This document shows, one piece after another, positions 21,703 through 32,665 of a stretch of 64,000 nt of DNA. The stretch's first letter is position 1, and each line of letters begins with the position of its first letter. The notes under the pieces were generated by a model. It did no database searches. It saw only the letters and a program-made list of their open reading frames with translations, and was not told the origin of the DNA. Origin of the DNA: a virus (taxonomy: Duplodnaviria > Caudoviricetes). The DNA lies in IMG/VR virus record IMGVR_UViG_3300035208_002115; one strand, 5' to 3'. The position numbers and the translations under genes are program-made.

Positions 21703-21798
21703 TAAAAATTTTGATTATTATTTAAATTGTATATGCAAAATTAAGGTTATTGTTTTAATTTTTTGTTTTTAATATATAAATAAAAAATTGTGTCATCT

Positions 21799-21920
21799 AT
21801 GAAGATTACTAAATTCTCTAATTTTTATTAAATGATGTTATTTACCCCGATTCTAATGATATAAAAGAATCGAAAAAATTAAAGAATAATAATCTACCTG
21901 AATTCAAGAAAGTAAAATAA
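21799..21920 (+). pseudogene. Frameshifted small tagged gene
   Basis: After TAATATATA (21770): MKITKFSNF then stop; one more T in the T5 run gives LLNDVIYPDSNDIKES...VK*. Confidence 0.35.
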
Positions 21921-21935
21921 TAAAATTTAAAACAT

Positions 21936-23006
21936 ATGCCAGAGAATCTTAATAATAGAAAGAATTTACGAAATATGAGACCCATATTTGACCCAATGTA
22001 TCAATATTACTTTGACGGGGTTCAGAATGAATTAAAAGTTATCATCACTGGTGAACCATATAACATATCACAAGATGAAGTTGATAATTTTAATGATGGA
22101 TTTTTTACGAATGAATATAATAATTTCGCTGATATCAAAGATACTATCGAAGAATGTTGTGTCGGTAAAAAATCAGCAGCCGATTGTGTAAAAATTTTAT
22201 TAGATAAATATTTTAAAAAATTTATGAATAATTTTTATACTGTTGATACTATATCAGACGTTGAAGTACAAATGGAAAGAAAAATTATTCTTTTCTCTAC
22301 CCTGTTAAAAGAAAACAAAATGTTGTTTGACGGTGAAAGGGCATTTGTCATCTTATTAAAAATACTTTCCGAATTTGATATTAAGTTCATCAAACCAAAA
22401 GATAAATTATATTTGAATACAGGAAATTATAATTTATTTTTCAATACATTCAATATTTCTGATTATACATTATTAATTAATGAACTAAAAGATAAAGAAT
22501 CTTTGATTACTACATTTAATGCAATATCTTCAAATAATAATATACCAAATCTCGCATTCTACTTTTCAGTAGAATCTTTTGTTTTGAAATATGGCCTTTA
22601 TATAAATCATGAACATAAACTAATTCAAACAGGTCAATTCAAAACTACATCGAAATTTTTAAAAAATCTGAGTATGAATTCTACCATGTCGATTTATGGT
22701 ATATTACAAACTATAAATCTAAATAATCTTACATTTTTAGGTAAAGTTAGAACCGAATTCAAAAAATTCTTGAAGGAAAAACCAGTTTACATCTCAAATA
22801 ATAAAATTGTTTATAAAAAATTCGAATATGGTGATTTCACTAATCCAAACACTCCACATTTTCAATTCTTAACCGCTTTGGAAAATTGGATTCTGAAATA
22901 TAATTGGAATTATCGTGTGGATTATTACGTGGATGTTAATCAAAAAGAAATAGTTTTTTATATTAAATTGAAAGAAGATGTTACCCAAAACAACTCACGT
23001 TTTTAG
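21936..23006 (+). CDS. Hypothetical protein
   Basis: 356 aa ORF. Confidence 0.6.
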   Translation: MPENLNNRKNLRNMRPIFDPMYQYYFDGVQNELKVIITGEPYNISQDEVDNFNDGFFTNEYNNFADIKDTIEECCVGKKSAADCVKILLDKYFKKFMNNFYTVDTISDVEVQMERKIILFSTLLKENKMLFDGERAFVILLKILSEFDIKFIKPKDKLYLNTGNYNLFFNTFNISDYTLLINELKDKESLITTFNAISSNNNIPNLAFYFSVESFVLKYGLYINHEHKLIQTGQFKTTSKFLKNLSMNSTMSIYGILQTINLNNLTFLGKVRTEFKKFLKEKPVYISNNKIVYKKFEYGDFTNPNTPHFQFLTALENWILKYNWNYRVDYYVDVNQKEIVFYIKLKEDVTQNNSRF

Positions 23007-23158
23007 CATAAATAAATCCTAATTATAATCAATTGATTAACAACAATATATAAAATAACATTTTTGAATTTCTTCAAAAGGTACAACTTAATGATATATA
23101 CTATATATAATATATATTTTCTCTTTTTTTTATTATTTTTACTACTTATTTATAAATA

Positions 23159-23839
23159 ATGAATGTAAATGTTATAGAAATTAAATTCGTACTTTATAAT
23201 AGACGAGGATATGAATCTTTATTAAAGTTAAATAGTATAGAAATAAAAGTTACTACTGAATTTAAAAAGACATATATATGTTTAATATATTCAGAATTTA
23301 TTAATTTATTTAAGAATATAGGATTTAATACCGACCTTATTAAATTTCATAATATAAAAGAATCCGAATCAGTATATTTTAGAATAAATAATAAATATAA
23401 AATAGATTATTTAAGAATAATTAATGCCATACCGACAATTACCAGTAATAAACATCATATAACTATTATTTATGGTATAAGTAAGATATATGATGGTAAA
23501 ATATTTGATTATGATATTAGATATGGATATAATAATGGTTATTTTGAACATAATCTAAATGGTTTTTCTTTTATGCAATTATTTCCAAGTGATTATAAGT
23601 CAGTAAAAAAAGATGTATATTATCGTATGTTTAAAATATTTGATATTGAATATTCATTAATTAATTATCACTATTGTATGGTATACAGAGATATCAAGCG
23701 TTCAAAATATTTAACATTGATGTATGAACGTATATTACATAATAAAAGACAGACATATTTTCAATGTACTGGTATTGAATATATTAAAATAATAAGGAAA
23801 TTAAAAATTAATAATTTATTGGATGGTGATGTGTATTAG
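23159..23839 (+). CDS. Hypothetical protein with C-terminal RxxKI motif
   Basis: Ends IRKLKINNLLDGDVY. Confidence 0.6.
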   Translation: MNVNVIEIKFVLYNRRGYESLLKLNSIEIKVTTEFKKTYICLIYSEFINLFKNIGFNTDLIKFHNIKESESVYFRINNKYKIDYLRIINAIPTITSNKHHITIIYGISKIYDGKIFDYDIRYGYNNGYFEHNLNGFSFMQLFPSDYKSVKKDVYYRMFKIFDIEYSLINYHYCMVYRDIKRSKYLTLMYERILHNKRQTYFQCTGIEYIKIIRKLKINNLLDGDVY

Positions 23840-24384
23840 TGTATTTTATCTAAAGATAATATTTTAATATTTGTATCGTCTTTCAAAACAATTTCATTTT
23901 CTACCCAGACCATATCTCGTTGAAATAAACTTCTTGGAACATCAATTTTACTTTCAGTAATTTCTGCTGTTATTAAATATAAATTGGGTTCTTTTAAATG
24001 CCACATTTGTTGTTTAAAATAAGGATTCGTTATTCTTTCAGGATTAGAAAACCATGAATATCCTAAATGTTCTGTGTTTAATTCTTCTGGGGATTTTAAT
24101 ATAATAAATCTATATACTTTAATAATATTAGGTATTTCATTAAAACCATCGGGAAATTTATCTTTGAGTAATAATTTAAAACCATCAACAATATTTTTTA
24201 TAGCTTCTTCTAAATTATCAGCACCATCCCATGCACCACTTGTTGAAAAATCGTTTTCTAACCCCCATTTACCAATATCATATAAATCTTTTTCTGTAAG
24301 TTCTGAGAATGATTCATATTTATGTGGGTTGAATTGTTCATTCAACCACTCGTTTAAAGAAAATATAAATTTTCTGGATTTCAT
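23836..24384 (-). CDS. R-S-E type ADP-ribosyltransferase-like protein with N-terminal tag
   Basis: KVYRF...LGYSWFS...ENEIVL; N-terminus KFIFSLNEWLNE. Confidence 0.6.
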   Translation of the reverse strand: MKSRKFIFSLNEWLNEQFNPHKYESFSELTEKDLYDIGKWGLENDFSTSGAWDGADNLEEAIKNIVDGFKLLLKDKFPDGFNEIPNIIKVYRFIILKSPEELNTEHLGYSWFSNPERITNPYFKQQMWHLKEPNLYLITAEITESKIDVPRSLFQRDMVWVENEIVLKDDTNIKILSLDKIH

Positions 24385-24492
24385 TATCAAAAATATTTTT
24401 AATTTATATATATATATATTTTTGAAAAAATTTCAAGATAATATTAAAAAAAAACAAATGTTTTTAATATATAAAAAAAATAATAATATATT

Positions 24493-24951
24493 ATGGCTCT
24501 AAAAATAAAAGGAAAACAATTAGCTGACGGAACAATAACACAAATTAATTTAGGTGTAACAACAGAAAGTATTATTAGTGCTACAAGTGTAACAACTAAA
24601 GAATATGTGGATACATATGTTGATGGTCAAATTACTGGTATAACATATGCAACGACTAACTTAAATATGGCAGCATTAATAACCACATCAGGTTCTGGTT
24701 CACAATTAGCATGTAGCACCCCTATTTCAAGTATTACTAATTCTAATGTTAAGGTTATGATAAATGGTATTGAAATTAATGTGGGTGGTTCAGGTGGAAC
24801 TTATATGGGTTTCTTTTCTCCAAATGGTATAATTATTCGATTGCCAGATGACGAACAAGTTGGTGATTATTTTTATTGGAATACTGATACAGCATTATAC
24901 CAATTGGATACTAATGATGAAATAGATTTTATTTATTTAACGAGAATTTAA
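24493..24951 (+). CDS. Putative tail/virion protein
   Basis: T/G/S-rich, VTTKEYVD fibre-like motif, TAATATATA at 24465-24473. Confidence 0.5.
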   Translation: MALKIKGKQLADGTITQINLGVTTESIISATSVTTKEYVDTYVDGQITGITYATTNLNMAALITTSGSGSQLACSTPISSITNSNVKVMINGIEINVGGSGGTYMGFFSPNGIIIRLPDDEQVGDYFYWNTDTALYQLDTNDEIDFIYLTRI

Positions 24952-25049
24952 GAAAAAATTTTTCTTAAATTATCGATATATTTATTATTCCACAATTTAT
25001 ATTTAGGATTAATATATTAAGATATTTTTCAGAAATATTATTGGAATTA

Positions 25050-25868
25050 TTATATTAAATTTAATTTATAACCAGTGAAATATTTTAAATAATTATAACA
25101 AGAAACACCATTACCATCTTTATCATTTATTTTACCATTTGATGATAAAAAATTTTTAACTGCTTTTTGACCTACTAAATGAGATGCTGCTAACATTCCA
25201 GATTCGGTTATTTTAATACCACCAATAGTTTGACCGATATATTTGTAATAATTTCTTAAATAATATTTATTATTTTTTAATAATTTTATTACATCTCTAT
25301 TTTGTTCGTCTTCTGGATACAAGTTAGGATTATTAACGAATGTTGCTGAATCAATTTGATTTTTTTTTATATCTTTAAAAGCATGTTTTCCGAATTGATA
25401 TTTACCAACGTATCCTTTTTTAGCAGATAACCAATTATTTCTTGATTCTCTATATGCTAATTTATCGAGAAATTCTAATGTTTCATCTGAAGATGCATCC
25501 ATATATGATATGTCTTTGTATGGAGTTAATCCAAAATCTATTAATTTATTTACATAATCCTTAATTTCGTTTTCGATGAAATCTATTCTTTTTAAATCAG
25601 ATGAGGCTATTTTAGATGTTGAAATTGATATTAAGAATATTAATAAAATTCTTTTATAAGGTAATTTAGATTTAAAAATTTTAGTGACAACCTGTTTAAA
25701 AAATTCTTTTATTTGTGACTTTGTTTTTAATTTATCAAACATATTTTTAATTTTTTCTTTCATAAATTCTAAGGTATTATTACCTTCTAATATATAATCA
25801 AAATCGTTTAAATTGTTTAATAAATTTATATTCTCGTTAAATGAATTCCAATTATGAATATAAGTCAT
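25050..25868 (-). CDS. Lysozyme-fold (lytic transglycosylase-like) hydrolase with N-terminal tag
   Basis: RESRNN catalytic Glu, GYVGKYQFG, ITESGMLAASHLVG; N-terminus YIHNWNSFNE. Confidence 0.75.
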   Translation of the reverse strand: MTYIHNWNSFNENINLLNNLNDFDYILEGNNTLEFMKEKIKNMFDKLKTKSQIKEFFKQVVTKIFKSKLPYKRILLIFLISISTSKIASSDLKRIDFIENEIKDYVNKLIDFGLTPYKDISYMDASSDETLEFLDKLAYRESRNNWLSAKKGYVGKYQFGKHAFKDIKKNQIDSATFVNNPNLYPEDEQNRDVIKLLKNNKYYLRNYYKYIGQTIGGIKITESGMLAASHLVGQKAVKNFLSSNGKINDKDGNGVSCYNYLKYFTGYKLNLI

Positions 25869-25946
25869 TAAAAATATTTTTATTTATATATATTATTTTT
25901 AAGATTCGTGAATTAAATATATACCTATACAAAATAAAAATAAAAT

Positions 25947-26087
25947 ATGAAAATAAAAGGAAAACTGATAGCTGATTCAACAATAGAACAAAATTCAGAA
26001 ATAACTGGGTCTTATAACTCTATTATTAAAAATTATGTTGTTGGGTTTAGTTATAAAAAAATAATAGTGCTTGCTAAAATTTCATAA
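25947..26087 (+). CDS. 46-aa truncated paralog of the 24493..24951 protein
   Basis: MKIKGKLIADSTIEQ versus LKIKGKQLADGTITQ; preceded by TAAATATA and followed by a terminator. Confidence 0.45.
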   Translation: MKIKGKLIADSTIEQNSEITGSYNSIIKNYVVGFSYKKIIVLAKIS

Positions 26088-26092
26088 ATATG

Positions 26093-26119
26093 AAAGCCCT
26101 CTAAAATGAGGGCTTTTTT
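26093..26119 (+). terminator. Intrinsic terminator
   Basis: aaagccctc/gagggcttt followed by a T run. Confidence 0.7.
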
Positions 26120-26139
26120 CATTTTAATAAATTTTAATA

Positions 26140-26165
26140 AAACAAAGTGATAAAATGATTATATA
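26140..26165 (+). promoter_or_regulatory. Putative phage middle promoter AAAC-N18-TATA (representative copy)
   Basis: Fixed-spacing motif upstream of topoisomerase, helicase, nuclease, kinase operon and glycosyltransferase; variant before S1. Confidence 0.55.
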
Positions 26166-26197
26166 AAATCATATCGTATAAAAATAAAATATTTTGA

Positions 26198-29100
26198 ATG
26201 GTTAAGAAAAAGAAGATTGAAGAACAATATAAGAAACTCTCCCAGAGAGAACACGTTTTACAGCGTAGTGATACTTATATTGGTTCAATTAATTCTGAAA
26301 GAAGAATGGTATTCACTGTTGATAATATAGATAATTTTGAAAATTTAAAAATAGTTAAGAAAGAAATTAATTATAATGCTGGATTAATAAAAATATTTGA
26401 TGAAATTATTACTAATGCTTCTGACCACAGTGTAAAGACAGGTAGAGTTAAATCTATTAAAATTGAAATTGATAATAATAAAATATCTGTTTGGAATGAT
26501 GGTGATGGTATACCTGTTGTTATTCATAAAGATGAAAAAGTATATGTACCAGAATTAATTTTTGGACATTTACTTACGGGTGAAAATTATGATGATACAG
26601 AACAACGAATAGGGGGTGGTCGAAATGGTATAGGTGCAAAAGCTTGTAATATATTTTCTAAAGAGTTTATAGTTGAAACTGCTGATGGTAAAAATTATTA
26701 CAAACAAGTATTTACTGATAATTTATCATCGGATAAAAAAGGTAAATTACCAAAACCACACATTAGAGTATCTTCAAAAAAATTTACTAAAATATCTTTT
26801 CTCCCAGATTACGAAAGGTTCGGATTTATAGAATTAATTGATGATATTAAATCAGTTATGATTAAGAGAACTATTGATATAGCTGCATATAATCCAAATG
26901 TGAAAGTATATTTCAACAATAATCTGATTAGTATAAAATCATTTAAAGATTATATGAAATTATTCATGCTCGATAACCATGAAATTATTTATGAAAAAAT
27001 AAACGATTTATGGGAAATAGGTGTTATGAAAACTTTTTCTGATTCATTTGAACAAATTTCATTGGTTAATGGTCTGGCTACATTACAAGGTGGAACTCAT
27101 GTAAATCATGCTATAAATCAAATAACAAGTAAACTAAAATCATCCCTTTCACGAGGAAATAAATTCGAGATTAATCCGAATGATATTAAATCAAAAATAT
27201 TTTTATTTTTAAATACTAAAGTGTTTAATCCAGAATTTGACAGTCAGGTTAAAGAAATATTAAATACCAAAATATCATCATTTAAAGATATTGAAATATC
27301 AGATAATTTTATTAAGAAAATATTAAAATCAGATATTACTCAGGAAATTATTGATTATATTGAACTCAAAGAACAATTAGCTTTACAGAAAGCTGTTAAA
27401 AATAAGAATGGTAGAACTGTTAAAGTGAGAAAATTAGATGATGCTAATAGAGCTGGTACTAAAGATAGTAGAATGTGTTTATTATTTTTAACTGAAGGGG
27501 ATTCAGCACTTTCTTCTTGTTTAAGAGGATTTTCAGTGACTGGTAGAGATTATTATGGTGCATTTCCATTGAAAGGAAAACCTTTAAATGTTAGAGATAT
27601 AGCAGTTAAAAAAATATTAGAAGATGAAGAAATTAAGGGTATTATATCAGCTTTAGGTTTAGAAATTGGTAAAAAATATACAAATACTTCTGAATTAAGA
27701 TATGGTAAAGTTGTTCTTTTTACCGATGCAGACCATGATGGTTCACATATTAAAGGGTTGTTGATTAATTTGTTTGAAACATTTTTCCCATATTTACTTG
27801 AAGCTGACTTTATATACGAATTTGTTACACCAATTGTTAAAGTAAAAAAAGGTGCTGTTGTTAAATATTTTTATAAATTAAATGAATACAGGAGATGGAA
27901 AGAAACTGTAAATGTTGATAATTGGTTTGTAAAATATTATAAAGGACTTGGTACAATAGAACCACATGAATCAAAAGAATTCTTTAAAGAAATTGATAAA
28001 CATCTAATACGTTTTAATTATCGAAATCCAGAAATAACCAAGGATTTAATTGATATGGCTTTTCGTAAAAATAGGGCTGAAGATAGAAAAAATTGGTTGT
28101 TGAAATATAAACCAAACAATGAAGTAGATAAATTTGGTAAAAAAACATATTATGATTCATTTATAAATGATGAACTTATTGAATTTAGTATGGCCGATAA
28201 TATTAGGTCAATACCAAGTGTTATTGATGGATTTAAACCAACTCATAGAAAAATACTTTATACTTTAAATAAAAAGAATTATAAAGATGAAGTTAAAGTG
28301 GGTTTATTATCAGGTGCTATTATTGAAGCCACCTCTTATCATCATGGCCCACAGTCACTTGAACAAACAATTATCAATATGGCTCAGAATTTTGTTGGTT
28401 CAAATAATATAAATTTGCTTATACCATCTGGAGAATTTGGAACTCGTTCAATGGGTGGTAAAGATTCATCTGCTTCGAGATATATTTTTACAAATAAAGT
28501 TCCTATAACAGATTATATTTTCAGGAAAGAAGATAATGCAGTTTTAGAATATTTAGATGATGATGGATATGTGATTGAACCTAAATTTTATATACCTATT
28601 ATTCCAATGGTATTAGTGAATGGGGCAGAAGGTATTGGAACTGGTTGGTCAACATTAGTTCCAAAATATAATATTGTTGATTTGGTTGATTATATTGAAA
28701 AAAAAATAAAAGGTTCAGCTAATCCAAGAAAAAATATTAATCCATATTATAATAAATTTAAAGGTAAAATATATCTGGATAAAGACCGATATGTTACAGA
28801 GGGTACATTTGAGTTACATAATGATAGGTTAAAAATAACTGAATTACCGATTGGATTGTGGTATGATAAATTTTATTTCAAATTAAATGAATTGATTGAT
28901 ACTAAAGTTATATTGAATTATACTAAGCATAGTACAGATGAGAACGTCAATATTATAATACAATTACCTAAAGAATCTTTAAAATTATTTACCCCTAATT
29001 ATATTTTGAAAATATTTGATTTAACATCGTATATCAATAATTCGAACATGAATTTGTTTGATAAGAATGATAAAATCAAATTATACGGGGACATTTATGA

Positions 29101-29491
29101 AGTAATAGATGATTTCATGGAAATCAGATTAGATTATTATGATAAAAGAAAAAATTCTGTAATTGATAAATTCAAAAGAGATATACAGATACTTAATAAC
29201 AGGTGTAATTTTATAGATTTAATAATTAAAAATAAAATCGTTATATCCAATAAAAATAAAGAATTTATTGAACAGGAATGTATAAAAAATAATTTGGATA
29301 AAATAGATGATTCGTATGATTATCTATTAAATATGGTGATATATTCTCTTTCCAAAGAAAAATATGATAATTTAAAAAATCAATTAGCTGAAAAAATTAA
29401 AGAATTGGAAGAATATTCTAAAAAAACTTTACATGAACTTTGGCTGGATGATTTATCGGAGTTAAAAAGAGAACTTAAAAAATTAAATTAA
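26198..29491 (+). CDS. Single-chain type IIA DNA topoisomerase (fused ATPase-TOPRIM-WHD)
   Basis: EIITNASD, GGRNGIGAK, TEGDSA, PLKGK, DADHDGSHI, YYKGLGT, DGFKP, YHHG, SASRY catalytic Tyr. Confidence 0.97.
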   Translation: MVKKKKIEEQYKKLSQREHVLQRSDTYIGSINSERRMVFTVDNIDNFENLKIVKKEINYNAGLIKIFDEIITNASDHSVKTGRVKSIKIEIDNNKISVWNDGDGIPVVIHKDEKVYVPELIFGHLLTGENYDDTEQRIGGGRNGIGAKACNIFSKEFIVETADGKNYYKQVFTDNLSSDKKGKLPKPHIRVSSKKFTKISFLPDYERFGFIELIDDIKSVMIKRTIDIAAYNPNVKVYFNNNLISIKSFKDYMKLFMLDNHEIIYEKINDLWEIGVMKTFSDSFEQISLVNGLATLQGGTHVNHAINQITSKLKSSLSRGNKFEINPNDIKSKIFLFLNTKVFNPEFDSQVKEILNTKISSFKDIEISDNFIKKILKSDITQEIIDYIELKEQLALQKAVKNKNGRTVKVRKLDDANRAGTKDSRMCLLFLTEGDSALSSCLRGFSVTGRDYYGAFPLKGKPLNVRDIAVKKILEDEEIKGIISALGLEIGKKYTNTSELRYGKVVLFTDADHDGSHIKGLLINLFETFFPYLLEADFIYEFVTPIVKVKKGAVVKYFYKLNEYRRWKETVNVDNWFVKYYKGLGTIEPHESKEFFKEIDKHLIRFNYRNPEITKDLIDMAFRKNRAEDRKNWLLKYKPNNEVDKFGKKTYYDSFINDELIEFSMADNIRSIPSVIDGFKPTHRKILYTLNKKNYKDEVKVGLLSGAIIEATSYHHGPQSLEQTIINMAQNFVGSNNINLLIPSGEFGTRSMGGKDSSASRYIFTNKVPITDYIFRKEDNAVLEYLDDDGYVIEPKFYIPIIPMVLVNGAEGIGTGWSTLVPKYNIVDLVDYIEKKIKGSANPRKNINPYYNKFKGKIYLDKDRYVTEGTFELHNDRLKITELPIGLWYDKFYFKLNELIDTKVILNYTKHSTDENVNIIIQLPKESLKLFTPNYILKIFDLTSYINNSNMNLFDKNDKIKLYGDIYEVIDDFMEIRLDYYDKRKNSVIDKFKRDIQILNNRCNFIDLIIKNKIVISNKNKEFIEQECIKNNLDKIDDSYDYLLNMVIYSLSKEKYDNLKNQLAEKIKELEEYSKKTLHELWLDDLSELKRELKKLN

Positions 29492-29519
29492 TATATAACA
29501 TAAAAATATTTTTATTTTA

Positions 29520-30143
29520 ATGATAAAAGGGTTTTATGAATTTATTAATGAAGGTAAGAATTACCAATTATTTAGAGGTGTTAGTGGTATTAAACATATA
29601 TTAGAAAATGAATTCATAGAGAATAGTGGTGTATTCGATTCTCCACTTAGAAAGGATGTTACAGGCGTAAAATATGGTATATCTGCTACCAGAAACTTTC
29701 ATACGGCAGTCGAATATTCTCATGATTGTGTTATTGAATTTGATGTTCCTAAATTAACGGATAAATACAGATTATTACCTTTTTCTGAGAATCCAGACTA
29801 TTTTTTATATTATATAAAAAAATATGGACGTGGTGAAGCTTTTAAAAAAATGAGAGTTGGTAAAAACAAAAAAGATTCAGAAAATTTTTGGAAAGTTAAA
29901 ACCGATAAGGGTGCTATGGATTTTGATATAGCTGAAGAAATAATAGTTACCAATAAAATATCAATAAAATATATCAAAAAATTATATTTAAATAAAGAAA
30001 CTTATAATAAAATAAAGAATTTAACTGATAAATTGGGTATAGAATGTGTAGTTATATCTGATATGATAAATAAAAAATATATTCATACTACCGATAAATA
30101 TAGGGAATTAATGAAAAAAAGAGAACTTACGAAACAGAACTAA
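29520..30143 (+). CDS. ADP-ribosyltransferase-like protein with N-terminal tag
   Basis: LFRG...GISATR...AEEII; N-terminus MIKGFYEFINE; TAATATATA at 29489-29497. Confidence 0.55.
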   Translation: MIKGFYEFINEGKNYQLFRGVSGIKHILENEFIENSGVFDSPLRKDVTGVKYGISATRNFHTAVEYSHDCVIEFDVPKLTDKYRLLPFSENPDYFLYYIKKYGRGEAFKKMRVGKNKKDSENFWKVKTDKGAMDFDIAEEIIVTNKISIKYIKKLYLNKETYNKIKNLTDKLGIECVVISDMINKKYIHTTDKYRELMKKRELTKQN

Positions 30144-30324
30144 TTTGTTTTACATTATTATTTTCAAATAACACTTCACAACCTTTACAATATAAAGCAT
30201 CCACGTCATAGTTATTATTTAATGTTACGATGGCATCTGTCAATAAAGAAAGGTCAAAGTTTTCTTTTCTGAGAACCTTTTTTATTTTCAACTGCAATAT
30301 TTCATCTAAATCTGTGAATTTCAT
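30127..30324 (-). CDS. Small hypothetical protein
   Basis: ORF with TAnnTTTG promoter at 30342-30349. Confidence 0.5.
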   Translation of the reverse strand: MKFTDLDEILQLKIKKVLRKENFDLSLLTDAIVTLNNNYDVDALYCKGCEVLFENNNVKQISSVS

Positions 30325-30504
30325 AATATATAATTTTGAAACAAAAATAGTATATACTAAGGTAATAAAAAAATTACACTGTTAGATTTTCGTTAAAAAC
30401 TTTAAAATATTAGGTTATTAACTTTATTTTATCTATTTTTATAGTCAAATATTAACATAAGTTAATATTAACTGGGTATTACTACCCTTAAAAAGTAAAC
30501 AATT

Positions 30505-30882
30505 ATGAACGAAAGAACAAATCTGTTCACACTTCGCTCGTATCTGAGCGAAAATGGTTATTCAGAAATTGCAATAACCAAGTTACTAACCTTTCTTCTT
30601 GCTCTTATGGAAAAACAATACTATCAGTTTGGGGAGGGTGTGGTTTTATCAGTATTTGGTGTTAATCCTTATGTTAAAATTAATCCAAAATCTGTAAGAG
30701 TAAGATTATACACTAATGGTGTTCGGGATGAGGTCATCATCGAGCATCCATCTAATACCTTTGCTATAAAAAATGGTGACGTTATTAGAGTTGGTTCACA
30801 TAATTTATTCAAAACTCCGATTGGAGACCAGAAAGGTAAATCTAAATTTACCGATTTAGAAAAATATACTATTTGTTTCTAA
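30505..30882 (+). CDS. Hypothetical protein
   Basis: ORF track; terminator hairpin near 30905-30930. Confidence 0.55.
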   Translation: MNERTNLFTLRSYLSENGYSEIAITKLLTFLLALMEKQYYQFGEGVVLSVFGVNPYVKINPKSVRVRLYTNGVRDEVIIEHPSNTFAIKNGDVIRVGSHNLFKTPIGDQKGKSKFTDLEKYTICF

Positions 30883-30929
30883 TAAAAAATGGATTAAAAA
30901 AAGAAAAGACGTGAATTTCACGCCTTTTT

Positions 30930-31334
30930 TTATAAATTTTCTTCTTGAACATCATCTAAATATTGTTGGTATTTAGGATTAATTGTAATATTTAATTTCT
31001 TAGCTATATTTGGGTAATGTAATAAATCGCCATTATTTTCAGCATAATATAATCTATCAGCTTCTATTAATTCTTCTATTTCATCTTCTCTGGTCGGTAT
31101 AATATCTCCATTATAACCTCTATAATATACATCATATATGGACATTTCGTCTTCATCTTTCGTTGGATTTGACATTACTAATCCGACCAAACCATGATTT
31201 CCCATGTCTTTCGCCCACACTAAATCACCAATATCATATTTTTTAGGAGCAACATCAATATTTTCAGTATTCTCAATTTCAATATTCTCAACTATACTAA
31301 ATTCTTCAAACATTCTTATATGTTTCATATACAT
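30930..31334 (-). CDS. Tagged protein with SH3/PWWP-like barrel
   Basis: MKHIRMFEEF tag; YDIGDLVWAK...GLV...YDV. Confidence 0.5.
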   Translation of the reverse strand: MYMKHIRMFEEFSIVENIEIENTENIDVAPKKYDIGDLVWAKDMGNHGLVGLVMSNPTKDEDEMSIYDVYYRGYNGDIIPTREDEIEELIEADRLYYAENNGDLLHYPNIAKKLNITINPKYQQYLDDVQEENL

Positions 31335-31389
31335 AAATAATTTTCTATTATATATTAAATATTAATTTAAAAATATTTATATTTGACTT

Positions 31390-32509
31390 TTGATTTTTAT
31401 GAGAATGGAAAGTATAGATTTATTAAAAAAACAAGAAAAATTATATTGGAATTCTCCAAGAGTTAATAAAAAATGGTATCGTAGTATATACGGTGGGTCG
31501 TGGAGATGTTTAAAATTAGAAGGCAAAATGCCACCAGCTCGAACTATTTCAGTTTGGACAAAAATGGGGGATGAAAGATGGGGTGGTCAGAAAGAAGTAT
31601 TAGATGTTGAAAATCATCCAATCACAAATGTAGATTCTCGAAAAAAATTATATTCACAATTATTTAAAAATATTCTACATATAAAATCTAAAATTTAAAC
31701 GTATGTCAGATTATAACATCAGAACACACGGAGATTTTAAAAAGTACTATGATACTAACTCAAAAAGTAACATTTGGGTATTAGGGTATTTTGGTGGTGG
31801 TGCTGTTAATATTATTGATGCGTATAAAATGGCTGTAAAATATACCAAATCGGTAAATGTGCCATTGGAGTCTATTCAAATAGATGAAATTCTTAGTTCA
31901 AGAAGATATAAAGGTTTTAAATTTATATATTCAAGTGTATCAGACCAAATACCAGAATCCGATTCATATAAGATGGAAGGTGTTTATGCTTGGTTAAGGG
32001 ATTAATGAATTAATAAATTATGTACTATGATTGAAAAAATTAAACGCAAGAAAGAGCTGACTAAAGCATTACAGGATTTTAGAAAACATTATCCATCTAT
32101 AACAAGTGCTGATATCCAGACATTTATATTAGGGTGGGAAGCTGCTGAAAAAAGCATTTAATTAAAATAAAATAATATTATGGAAGAAAAAATAATAGGC
32201 AGTATTAAGACTGCTAAAATTCAGGAAAAATTTGGTTGTGTTATAATATTCATAACTGATGATAATGTAATTAAAGAAGATAATGTTATGATTAATTTTG
32301 AAGAACATTATCATTATTTCGAAGTTAAAGACATTGAAATAACTGATGATAATAAACTTTTAGTTGAAGCTTATGAAGTTGGTTATTGGGCAACTAAGTT
32401 TGATAAAAATGAAGAATTCGATTTACGGTCATTAACTGATATTAGTGTTGCGTTAATTAAAGATAGGGTTACACTTTCTAAAATTAATGATATGTCTTGC
32501 TGGTGTTAA
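31390..32509 (+). CDS. Cluster of four small hypothetical genes (31390-31698, 31703-32005, 32027-32161, 32180-32509)
   Basis: Tightly packed ORFs after a TATATTTG promoter (31378-31385); 32027-32161 translated manually (MIEKIKRKKEL...EKSI). Confidence 0.55.
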
Positions 32510-32665
32510 ATTATTGCGGTATCCGAAAAGCATAAAGAGTAGGTATATTAGAATCTTTTTATTAAAATATGTTAAATATTTTTTTTATAATAATAATTTG
32601 ATTATTTTTGAAACTTTATTAGTTTATAAAACGTAAATAATAACAGGTTCTTTAACATTTTTAAT

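Noticed and set aside
23010-23158. Replication origin in a very AT-rich intergenic stretch
   Set aside because: No iterons, and similar AT richness occurs in most intergenic regions here.
7747-29491. NCLDV or eukaryotic origin, suggested by SET and fused Top2
   Set aside because: Bacterial lipoproteins, S1, PhoH, muramidases, intrinsic terminators, operons and Bacteroidota promoters indicate a bacteriophage.
32515-32550. Short GC-richer patch gcggtatccgaaaagcataaagagtagg upstream of the tRNA-like gene
   Set aside because: I could not build a convincing structure or assign it to a ribozyme or riboswitch family.
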